Shown: positions 11,221-21,619 of the stretch, piece by piece | Numbering within the stretch: position 1 is the stretch's first letter | How the letters are laid out: the number at the start of each line of letters is the position of its first letter | Origin: Eimeria praecox | Lineage: Eukaryota | Direction of reading: 5' to 3' | DNA length: 64,000 nt | Assembly: GCA_963920595.1 (NCBI GenBank) | Contig: OY986949.1 | Coordinates: 3,472,001 to 3,536,000, forward strand | Position numbers and translations under genes: made by a program | Notes under the pieces: generated by a model | The model's input: only the letters and a program-made list of their open reading frames with translations | What the model was told of the DNA's origin: nothing | The model's database searches: none

Positions 11221-11864
11221 TCAGCTAAGAAGCGTGTCCGCGGAAAGGTTCGCTCCACTGTCTGCAGCTCCCAGAAGGCCTCCACCCTGTTGCTGCAGAA
11301 GGGCTCTGCTGCGCATCCCCACAAAGTGCTGCACTTCACTCCATCTTTGAGCGCACTGCCAGATGCACTGCTGCTGGCTGCTCGACAAGGACCGGCCTGC
11401 AGCAGCAGCAGAAAACACCGCATCAGCAGGAGCAAAACAGATGAGAAGCTGCAATTGCTTGCCCACCCACAAACCGACTAAGAAATCCTGGAAATGCCAT
11501 TATTCCACCTGACGTGATACAACTGCGGATGCAGCATCTCCCTCACCAGGTTTGTCGACACACTTTGTGAAGCAACGTGATGTCAACGATGCCAGCATGC
11601 TCTGGGCTTCCAGGGCCTACGGAGGGCAGAACATATGCACCTGCTGAACGCTGCATACAACTGAACAGCCTTCGAAGAGCTAACACGCTAAGAAGAATCC
11701 ATGCAAGCAGCAGCTGCTGCTTCCTGCGGCAATGCTGCACCCACTGCCAGCGCGACCGTGGGAAAAACAGGCACCAACAGAACAAAAGTGTGCTTTCGTA
11801 CCTGCTGAAGACCAAGCTGCAGAGCAGCAAGCTGTTGCTGTTGTTGTTGCTCGTCGTCTGTCAT
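11221..11864 (-). CDS. TIM13: Small Tim mitochondrial intermembrane-space chaperone (twin CX3C, Tim8/Tim13 type), 102 aa. Exons 11864-11802, 11616-11547, 11396-11221
   Basis: Spliced product: MTDDEQQQQQQLAALQLGLQQ/ALEAQSMLASLTSRCFTKCVDKP/GRSLSSSQQQCIWQCAQRWSEVQHFVGMRSRALL...LLS*. It carries CFTKC-x14-CIWQC with a KPG-x-SL linker, and canonical GT-AG introns (GTACGA..TAG, GTGAGG..CAG). Tim13 versus Tim8 is tentative. Confidence 0.88.
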
Positions 11865-12433
11865 TAGTACTGAGCGAAGTAAACTCTAAATTCAGCTGTG
11901 TCGCTTGCGTTGGTGATGCTGCCGCTGTAACTGGTCCTGGTGCTGCTGCGCGGGGTTGCAGGACTCGCGCTTAATCTTCTAACTTGATCCAATCTTGTCA
12001 CCGGCAGTATTTCTGAAAGAGAAGAACGACAGCCATAGTGCCTTCTGCTCCGACCGATAGTGTGGGGCGCTCGGCGAACAGGAGTTCCTACGGCGAGCCA
12101 GTAAGAGGCACAAGCAGACAACAGTGCCGAAACCGATGGTCTTTGAGACTGAAAATATATGGAATCCCTAAGAATACTCCTTTAACCGTTGGGGCCCATC
12201 GTCTCTTCTGGTGAGCCCGAGTAGGCTGGTAGGCCCCCAGCCTACCTGGGGCCCCTACCCCGTAGGGCCCCTGATATGTACAGTGCTGTCAGCTGCTGCT
12301 ACAATTCATTCCCACATATACTTAGGTGCATAACCTCACATATACGCTACACTTAGCGTCTACGTAAAATGTATAAACTCTTGAAAACATGGAAAATTCC
12401 TCACGACAAGATTTAAACCCTAATTAATAATGC

Positions 12434-13183
12434 TGTGGTGAGCCCTTGCGGATCAACGGCTCGGCTGCAGTGCCATTCTCACAGCCCGCCCACGCCTATG
12501 GGTCAGCTGCAGATCCTCCTGGACTAATTCCAGCTTTATGCGGATTTATTTATTTCTAATGTTTCGTTTTAGTGAATAACTGACTAATTGGGCCCTAGGG
12601 GGCCCAACCTGTGCACCATTGTAGTGCTCGAGCGCTGCAGCCGCCGCCCTTGGCTTTTCGCACAGAGCATTTTGTCAATTAATGGGTGCAAAGAGAGTCC
12701 TCAGCTGCACTGTACGACCCTTCGGAACTTTAATAGGGTCAAAATGCTGAAGATGGGCCTTCCTAAGGTACCTGACACCTCCAGTGCACGGGCATCCTGG
12801 GCACAGCGGCCCAAGCGCAAAGCGCAGTACTGTAGTATGCTCTGGGTGGTGTTGGCACTTCTGCCGCTACTTGCGCGCAGGATGGTACTGCAAGATCAAA
12901 TAAGCATTTGAGAACAGTTTACACTCCCCACTCCCGACTGCAGTGCTAACGCATGCAGCGAAGGGGCATTACTAGTGCATGCGTTAGCACTGCTGCAGTA
13001 AGGTGTGTTGCATCCAATGATAGGCCTGTCTGTGCCACCACCAGCTCAGGCTCTTGGGCAGGTGCTCGTAAGGCGACAGGAGGCTGGAAGGGAATTCAGC
13101 TGCTCTTTGTAAGTTCCTTGTCTACGTCCTTGAGTCCGTTTCAGCTTGTGACGGCCCTCGGATGAACGAGAACTCTCACTACA
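12434..13183 (+). repeat. Candidate 5' LTR (750 bp)
   Basis: Starts TGTGGTGAG (12434) and ends CTCACTACA (13183), an 8/9 terminal inverted repeat with TG...CA ends, followed 2 nt later by a PBS-like motif. No matching 3' LTR was seen. Confidence 0.5.
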
Positions 13184-13185
13184 CT

Positions 13186-13199
13186 TGGTAGCACAGCGT
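13186..13199 (+). other. Candidate primer-binding site, tRNA-iMet-like
   Basis: TGGTAGCACAGCGT directly after the putative LTR end. TGGTAGCA is complementary to a tRNA 3' end ...UGCUACCA, as in several eukaryotic initiator Met tRNAs. Confidence 0.5.
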
Positions 13200-14559
13200 C
13201 GGCATCTATGCAAGCGACGAAACGCACCCACCGCAGCAGAGAACCTTAGCCTGTATAAACAAGCAGCCCTTGAACCCTTTTCCTGAAAATTGCTATTAAG
13301 GCATCAATCTTTTTCCCCCGCCTACACGGATGTTGATCATGGTATGCCCCCAGGTGGGGAGGCAAACCACGGTTGGCAGCTTTCCCGAGCAGGAACAAGC
13401 TCGATTTCCTCCTCCCACCCGGTGGAGAGTGTTAGCCAACCACCCAGGAATGATGGGCACCGCGAAGTGGAGACAGTAGCGGTATTCCCGGTTTCTTTCT
13501 GCCTATACCTTCATCCTTCAAACGCACCGGAAGATGTACAAGCGGTATTGAGATACTCTCTATGAAAAGGGGATGCACAGCCATGGTATCTATATCCAAG
13601 CACAAGCCCCGGCCTCCCGAAGCACCCCAGGTCCATGCAAGCGGTAACAAGAGCTCTCCATTTTAGCTATGGACCCTCATGAGCTGCAATTGAGTCAAAC
13701 GCCAAAAAAAGAGTTTTTAGAAATAGCTCTCCAGTCTCCAACCCTCCTGGAAGCTGTTGCCTATGGGCCTGGGCTCGCGGGGACGCAGAGAAGCCTGGCA
13801 CGGGATGCAACGCACCTAGCTCCAACTAGTGCTGCAAGGCAGCCCCACATGCACACACACCGCCATTGCCCGTGTGCTGCATGCGCCTGCATTGCAGACT
13901 GTATTTCACATTGTCTTGAAAACCTTTACTTGTCCCTGCCTGCGAGTAAACATGATACGAGTACCAGCATCACACAGAGTATGATGCACAAACCTTCCGG
14001 AATGCCCTGTAATGCAGGTTAATTCTCATGAGTAGAAGAAGAAGGTTTTGACGGATTTGGGAAATTTTATGCAAAACAAGCTGCCGGAAGAACGCTACGC
14101 TGAGAAATATCAGTCGCTGGTGAGCAGAAGTCCAATGGCAGACCGCGAGCTTCTTGGTAAACTGCCTCAGAATAAAAGAAAGAAAAAACGCCACTTCCAC
14201 AGCCACACCTGGGAAGGAAAAGAGCAGGGTTGGAAACGACCCAGGCTTAGCGCCAGATTAGCCCAGAAAGAGATTAGAAGGGGCAACCCAAGGCATCCAG
14301 CAAATTCGGCACCCACACAGCCAGGAGAGCGCAAAGAGTGGCGTGCGTGCTTCTTTGCAGTAAGAAAAGGCACACACTAAACCAGTCAACTGGAAAAGCA
14401 GGACTGCTAGAAGCACAGCGAGGGGAATAAGCAAAACGATCAGGAAAAGGTACAGCTCCAGGCAGCGTACGGCGCAGTGACGGGGACGGAAGAGATGAGC
14501 ACAGTAACGAAAGATCCTTCTTGAGCTACCTCAATGCTTCTCAGTGCTAATCGAAGTGG

Positions 14560-17170
14560 CTTTTAATGATCATCAGTGTCTATCCCTACTTGACACAGGT
14601 TCAGAAGTGGATCTTAAATCTTTAGCAACGGCAAGGAGGTGCAGCCCACCAGTTCGCTGGCGAGCCTTCGCGACTATGCGTTGGGAATGGCAGATAGGAG
14701 GCCAGAATTGGTAAACGTATGAGCGTAAAGGACAAGCTCTACTCAAAAAAGGGTCATATTGCTGTGGCATGGGACTACCATGTTGTACCAATTAACGACT
14801 ACGTTAACCGTAGGCAAGCCGTGAGTGACTCCGTGGAGGGCGCGCATGTGGTGAGGCATATATTCCGGTATGAGCGAGGGCACCTCACACTGGCTCCAAC
14901 GACGGCCGCGTTCTCTATTGTAGGAGGAATGGAATAAGTGTTCCAGAAAGAAAGGAATCAGGAGACTTACGCATCGCAGAGGCGCTGCAGGAAACGCCGG
15001 GCAGATGCATCCAATTCGGCGACATGGTCCTACGGTGGCAGGAGCTTTGTGCGATTCGATCCCGTAAACACCCGAAGAACAGCAGAAATGGGTACAACTG
15101 AAGGAGTCGATAACAAGGAATATGTAACCGGCAGGCTACCTGCTTGGTGCACAATGCACCATACTGAACTCGTCCCCAAACTTTCTTCCAAAGTGCCAGA
15201 TGCCGAGTAAATCGAGCGGCAAGCAGAGGAACAGTTGAGAAACCATGGAAGCTTTATATATGGCCCAAGTCTGGGGAGGAAAAAGGGAGGTGGCGCATAT
15301 GCGCCAGCTTAGGCCAGCTTAGGCCAGCTTCAAGCTCCTTCACTGAACGGCGGTGAATGGGAAGTGTATGATGCCTCCGGTCAAAAACCTACTTGGCCGC
15401 TTGCAGCGATCAGCACAGCAGTCGATTTATCTTTTGACTTCGCTGACGCGGTTGTGCAAATCCCGAAGATCCCAACAATAGATACACGACTTCATCGCAC
15501 TCCCGCACGCGCAAGCTAGAGTACGCCTGTATGTCGTTTGGGCTCATGGTGAATGCACTTGCCGAACTGCAGCGACTGCTCAATCACGTCTTCGTGTGCA
15601 CGATAAAGGAGGGATCGACGGTAATACACATGGATGTTGTGCTTGCCTGCAGTCAAAATGTGCAGGAGCATCTGCAACACCTGCGACGTGCTCTGCAACG
15701 CTGTAGGTGCAGTGGTTCGTGAAATCACAGCAGTGCTCATTGATTGTGCAAATATTTACTATATTAGGGTTTTATTTCTCTGCAGCAGTAGCAGAGCCAG
15801 GTCTGGAGAAGATGAGGGCGATACTAGCGTGACCGCAACCTCTGTACTCCCGCAGGACTGTCCGTAAGATTCTTCGTTTCTCATCGCCCTGCCGCACATT
15901 TCTTGATTGACTCGCATCGACGCTGGTCTAAAGGATGCACTTTGGAAGTGCAAGCAACTTGCCTGGACAAGGAAAAAAGACGAAATCTCCAGCATTCTCA
16001 CCGGGCACCTGATACCTTCTACAGTACTGGCGCTTCATGATTTCGACAAGCACTTCTACCTAACGACCCGTTCCAGCGACATAGCAGTTGCTCTGATGGT
16101 ATCTCAGTAGGCGACTGCCTTGAAAAAGCGTCAAATAATCTTCTACTACACATGCCCCTTTGCGGAAAGGGAGCAGGAGTACTCGATCGGTGAGAAGGAG
16201 CTCTACAGGTCCTGGGAGGGAATAAAACAGACCGAGATTACTTATATGGCAGGCGCTTCACTGCTCAAACCGAACATCAAACCGTGACGCACATGACGAA
16301 GGACTTCCACGACTACAAAGATGAAAGAGTTGGCTCGTTGCTTTGCGCAGTACGACTTCACAGTCAAGTATTTCAACGTGGCCGCTGACGCACTCTCACA
16401 ATACCCAATTGTTCAAGCGCAGTTTTCTGCAACTGTGCTTATCTGAGATGATTCCTGTCGTTTGACTCTAAATTGCTCCTTTGATACTCATGCGGATGAA
16501 GCCGTCGCTACCGTCAATAGCGAATTTAACGCGACAGCACCGACGACAATCTCTTGTGGTATCAGACGAAGCGTGCACTCCAGCGATTATGCTTTCCAAC
16601 TTCCCGTTGCACAAGAGGCTTGCGCTAAATGCACGGTCATCTGTTGGCCGGTCATGTAGAAGTAAATATAACGGTGGAGTGGGTTGCCCGGTCGTCTTGG
16701 TGGCATAGGGTGAGGAATATCTCCTCACTTGCTCAGAATGTCAACAACCGAAGCCACTGGAAGCCACGGAACACTCTCAAAGCCTGGACTGTTGCAGAAA
16801 TGTCCAGTCTCGAAACGGGTCTGAACGGATATCTTGATGGGTTTCACAGTGGACTTACCAGCCATTAGAGGCTGCAATAGCACCTACGCTCTTGTGGACA
16901 AGCCCAGCAAACATGCCTACTTCATCCTCTGCTCGAGTTCAGTTACACCAAAGATGCTGCCCAACTATTCATTAATTGCCTCTGCATGCTACAAGGTTCT
17001 CAGACGAGCGTCATTACTGACGGTCACCCGACGTACGGTGGCGTTTTCTAGCGTGAAACGGCTTAACATAGGAAACAACAAAAGTAGTACGGCTGCTGCC
17101 AACCAACCGGAGGCACACGGTCACAATGAAGGCGTCAGCCGCACACTTCCGCAGGATTTGTGGCCCTAGA
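14560..17170 (+). pseudogene. pol: pol pseudogene (protease, RT, RNase H, integrase) with many stops and frameshifts
   Basis: The domains are collinear but split across frames. The RT YxDD reads HMDV, and the conserved W of WPQP is a TGA stop. Confidence 0.88.
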
Positions 17171-20100
17171 CTCAGCAAAAATAGTCTGGAGTGTCCTGAC
17201 GTCGTCTCTTGTGCAAAAACGGTTTGTAATACAACAGTGCAAACTTCATCTCGTTTGCGGCATTCCTGGTCTATAACAAAGTGCTGAATTCCCTAATTGG
17301 AATTCTGAGATGGCCATCAGAAGCCAGCCTCGTATGAGCGCAGCTGCGGACTTTCACATGCAACTTGCAGCAGAGGGCGAACGTATGAAGAAGGCACAGG
17401 AATGCCAGGCAACAAGCTACGACAAAGGCAATCGGTAATAGCCCTCAGCGCAACCGGCTTGAAGTGGGTTCGCATTCTCTTCGATGCACGCAGAAGAACG
17501 AGCAGGTGAAGAAACCGTCCCCGAGGATAGGGCTGTTTGCTGTTCACTTTAGGGTTGGCAAGTTCGTTTAGACCGTAGACGCGGGAACACCATAATGGTA
17601 CCGTTGGTTATCTCAAATGGTTCAGGGAATCACTTGATTCCTCGGAACTCTCCGTGCAGAAGAGCACCAAAGTCACTGCAAGAAAGAACAACTGTAGGAG
17701 ACTCTTGGCATACGTACGTGTAACGTAACGGCTTACAGGGCCTGCAGAGAACGAGGCTATCACGTTATGCTTCCTGAAGACCGACAAACACAATGCGCTG
17801 CTGAGTATCGCTTCTGTGAAGTAATTCTTCGGGACCATCTACGGGCTGTTCATGACTCAGTAGCAGCGGCGGCAGCCTCCGCTGCGCGCACCGCAGCTTG
17901 AATTTGGTTGCTACTTCATACTGAGCCCTTCGGTTGCTGCTGCCTTCTCATACGTAAAAAGATGCAGATGGCCACATATGTAAGTGCTCTTCTACGATGT
18001 AGTTTTCTCCCCGCTTGATCAGTACTACACCTCCTGCTGTTTGTATACATTTAGCGTACACCGCCTGCTATAGCATTTCCATTTTCCCCCTCATATTTTT
18101 GTGGCAAGCTGCCGCGAACTACAGTAGCGTCAAATATTTGACTCCACGCTTCCTTCACGCTGTGGCTCAAGTGCGTGGGCTGCTACGGAAAGCAACCGCC
18201 CCTTCATGAGTTGCGACGCGCCCTGTTGCATCTAATTTTGAAGATAGATCAACGTGCAAGTGTAGCCAATCGTGCAAGTGTAGCCTATCGGCCTTTTCTT
18301 ACCTGCGCTAATATTCTAGCCTGTACTGCAGGCAGTTGCCAATCACTTTGTTGGCCTTCCAGAGCAAGCCTACGCCCAAGTAGAGATACAAGCACGACAA
18401 TCATACTTTGCCGCCCCTTCATTGCATCACACCCTACGCCTGGGCCTGCGCGATTCGGTGACCGCTGTGGTGGCTTTCCTCTGGATCCTGCTCGAAGCCC
18501 TGCTTCACCAACCCCGCGGGAGTTGGTTGGCTACAGGAAGAGCAGGCCTGCCGTCCTAGATTTTGTTGACATTGTAGGGTCCGACGTTCGCCACCTTCCG
18601 CCTCTTCACGATCCGTTTTTGTACGCAGGCGCAGTTGGCATTCAAAGTCCCAATGCCTTCAAGCTGTACATCCGTATCATTTCCACATCTTCCTCTTCCT
18701 TTTGTCCTTGAGCTGAAACGGTTAAGACGTTAACTGTTTTTCGATGTTTAAGAGCGTAATCAGCTCGGCATGCTCATTCCGTTGTTCCTTTCCCTCTGAG
18801 CAGGAGGTCACTGAGTGCCTTTGAATGAAGGTAGCAGTGGCATGGATTGAGGAAGGAAATACGAGTTGGGTTCCTTTAATCAAAGCCTGGCGTCCCTCGA
18901 TGTAGCAGTCGGCGAAAGGTCTACTCGCTCACGCTTCCTTAATGCGTCCATAGGTTGTTCCCTTTCTAGCCTGGGGACGAGCAAGCGCTGCAGCACAACT
19001 TGACACACCTGCATTGTCCGGTTGTGCCTTGAAAAAAGCATTCGTGCTTAAGCAGAGCTTTTATTGTCGTGAAGGCCCTACAGCTCTACTTACGCACGGC
19101 TTACAAGAGACCCACCGGACCTCTACAGGACTGGACTGGAAGAGACTTCCCTTCAACTGATTGTTGATCGGTATTCTCCGCTTGCTCTTGCCTTCTCAAT
19201 ATATGCCAAACGTACGGGTAAGGTAAATGATAACCAACGGTACTTTAATGAGAAACGGGATAAGACTGCTGCAATCCGGTACAAATTCATCATATTCATC
19301 AAGCGCAAAACCTACGGCGGATTCAGCTTACCGGGAGGGCAACCAAGGCACACCACGATGGACCGTTGCATCATAAGAATAGAACTTGAGGCCATATTTA
19401 TTAACCTTGAGTTTTAGCTTCATCCCAGCAATGCGCCAATAAGCAATATCCTTGCAGCTACACTATCAGTAAACTGCAGGATGCTAAGATGCACTGGCGC
19501 ACTGTAGTAAGTCTTGTAAGATGCTGGGGTTGAGCTTCTGTCAGAATGACTAGTTGTATTTCAAGCGGCACTTCTGTAGGACAATCGTTGACCAGGATGT
19601 GAACGCGTGTCAGAGGTCGACAGACGATCATGCGGCTTGGGGTGCTCCCCCGACCCCAACGCGTTTCGGCAGTGCTTGACTTTTGCATGCATTTTCCATT
19701 CCAGAAACAAAAGGTGGATAGGCGCGAGATGCCGTGGCAGGTAATCCGTGGAATTAGGTGTAGGACGTTACTGATTCGCTATGAGCGCAGGTCCCAATAC
19801 CAGCCCTCTGCGGCGGCGTCTCCAGTAGAAAAGTCTGGCGGCTTTCGGCATTCGCGCAAGTATTTCAAGCGGCTGTCCTCGGTTCATTGACCTTTTTGAA
19901 AGGCCTGGGATGCCTTCATAAGCAGTAACAAATGGACTGAGATTTAGCACAATCCGGTTCAGTGTTTGGCGACACTAGAGTCACGGTGGCTCAACTACTT
20001 TAAAGGCAGACGACCATCTTACGCTCCAATATATTCGAGTGCCAACTAGATTGACCCCCCTTTGATTTCACGTCTTCCTCTCATCTTGTTTTTCCGCCTA

Positions 20101-20509
20101 CCCATCATTATGTGTGGGTGCAACGTGCGAAAGTGTACTGATCCACCAACTATATATACTACATGGTACACTAGGAGGTTCAATAAGAGGACCCTACGTA
20201 CATCTCCAGCCCGTCGCTCTGCCACGTGTCACGACCTGCTATACTGTTTTATTCTGTTCCAGCGGCAGCATCATCGCATAAAATAACGATGTTTTTTTCT
20301 ATCTTTTGAGCAGTTGGCAACGCTTCGGTCCTCTATAGAATGCTCCTACCAGTGTACCTTTCGTTGCGATGTGCTGGGAACTTGGGTATTAGTGACTCCC
20401 ACCTAGGTTTTGGTAAATTGCCCACAAAACGTTTGCTGGCATTTATAAACGACAGTATCGCAAGCAGATCAAACCAAATAGGCTTGTCCCTGCTGCAATG
20501 GAGACAAAG

Positions 20510-20778
20510 CACCTCACCGTTTGCAGTGCATACTGAGGTGCACCCTGCTAGGCGAAGTAAAACTGCAGCAATCATGTATCACCTGGTATGAGGCAAACAC
20601 GTTGCCCAGGCTTCCTCACCTCGCCAGCAGACTAAACTGAATAGGCGTGCCTTTGCTACAACGAAAACAATGCAGCTCACCCTTTGCAGTGCTTAGCTAG
20701 TTGCACCTTGCTAGGCGAAGGAAAGTGATAGCAAGCATGTAGCACCAAGTACGAAGCAAGAATGCTGCTCAGGCTTTC
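20510..20778. repeat. Diverged direct repeat pair (~105-bp match, ~163-bp offset)
   Basis: ca(c/g)ctcacc(g/c)tttgcagtgc...tgcacc(c/t)tgctaggcgaag...catgta(t/g)cacc...caggctt at ~20510 and ~20673. Confidence 0.8.
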
Positions 20779-21619
20779 AGGTAGCCCCGGACCGTGCTAC
20801 GGGTAGAGGCCAAGAACATATATATACATAAAGGCGCTCAACGTAAAGCTGGAAACTATGCAGCCCTGCCTTTATGTGTCACGGGTGTCCCCGTGTATGG
20901 GATAGCAACAGCTTCGAATTGATGAGCCCATTGCATAACTGGCCGTTGAGGCGCTGTGGAACTACCCATTCACCATTGCTCATCTTTTTTCTGCCGCAAG
21001 CAAATTTGGCAACTAGTTTCCCCCATTAGTAGCAACGCTGCACTAGGCGTCCTTAATAACACCTATCGCACTTCCTTCAACAGATGCAGCGCACTACGCC
21101 ACCGACCCTCTACTGCATAGCATTTCCTTGGCACCCACCTTCCTTTTCAACTCAGACCAACCCAGTTGCTTTCCTTACGGCTACAGTGAAAATAGCCCTA
21201 CTCAATTTACCACTCGATGCCCACTCGTAGTTCCAGTGTCCACCCCAATGACCTGGCAATACAGCCTACAGCTGCCGTGAGGGCCGTGCGAGCATCTTCA
21301 GTGCTGCACACCTGGTGTTAAACGCTTGCTACGGTGTTACCAGTATACGCCTTCTAAGCATGATCGCGTATCCAGCTGGACAGGCCGGCACCACAGCGTT
21401 CTCACACGAAATACTTCAAATTAAAAGCCGGGGAATGGAGAACCATGAAGATCTGTTGCCCTAGGCCAGTTAGGACCTGTACATTCCCTCCTTCCCCAGG
21501 TACCATTTACACTAGCTAAGAAAAAAACTTGAATCGATCTTACTACATGATTCAACATCATTCGGCACTGCTCTAAGCCATTTGACGTTGCCAGCACGAA
21601 TCTAGGCGCCTTGGCAAAC

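Larger units (their letters stand above)
12434..17650 (+). mobile_element. Degenerate Ty3/Gypsy-type LTR retrotransposon (gag-PR-RT-RNaseH-IN order), 3' end eroded
   Basis: Gag-like L*KGDAQPWY (~13560) and a broken zinc knuckle (ACFF..KGH-like, ~14345). Protease LDTGSEVDL (~14589). RT: MSFGLMVNALAELQRLLNHVF..VIHMDVVLACSQNVQEHLQHLRRAL (15531-15700) and EKMRAILA*PQP (~15806). RNase H: DFDKHFYLTT, YSIGEKEL, YLYGRRFTAQTEH, NVAADALS (16038-16400). Integrase: GFTVDLP..LVDKPSKHAYF and QPEAHGHNEGVSRTL (16838-17150). Confidence 0.9.

Noticed and set aside
15302..15330. (gccagcttag)x3 micro-duplication in the RT region, and a 19-bp duplication at ~18253-18290
   Set aside because: These are ordinary slippage events in decaying non-functional DNA.
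17650..19500. 3' LTR of the retrotransposon, or a gene in ORF 18175..18711
   Set aside because: No copy of 12434-13183 is visible by eye. The ORF has no ATG start and no recognisable domain.
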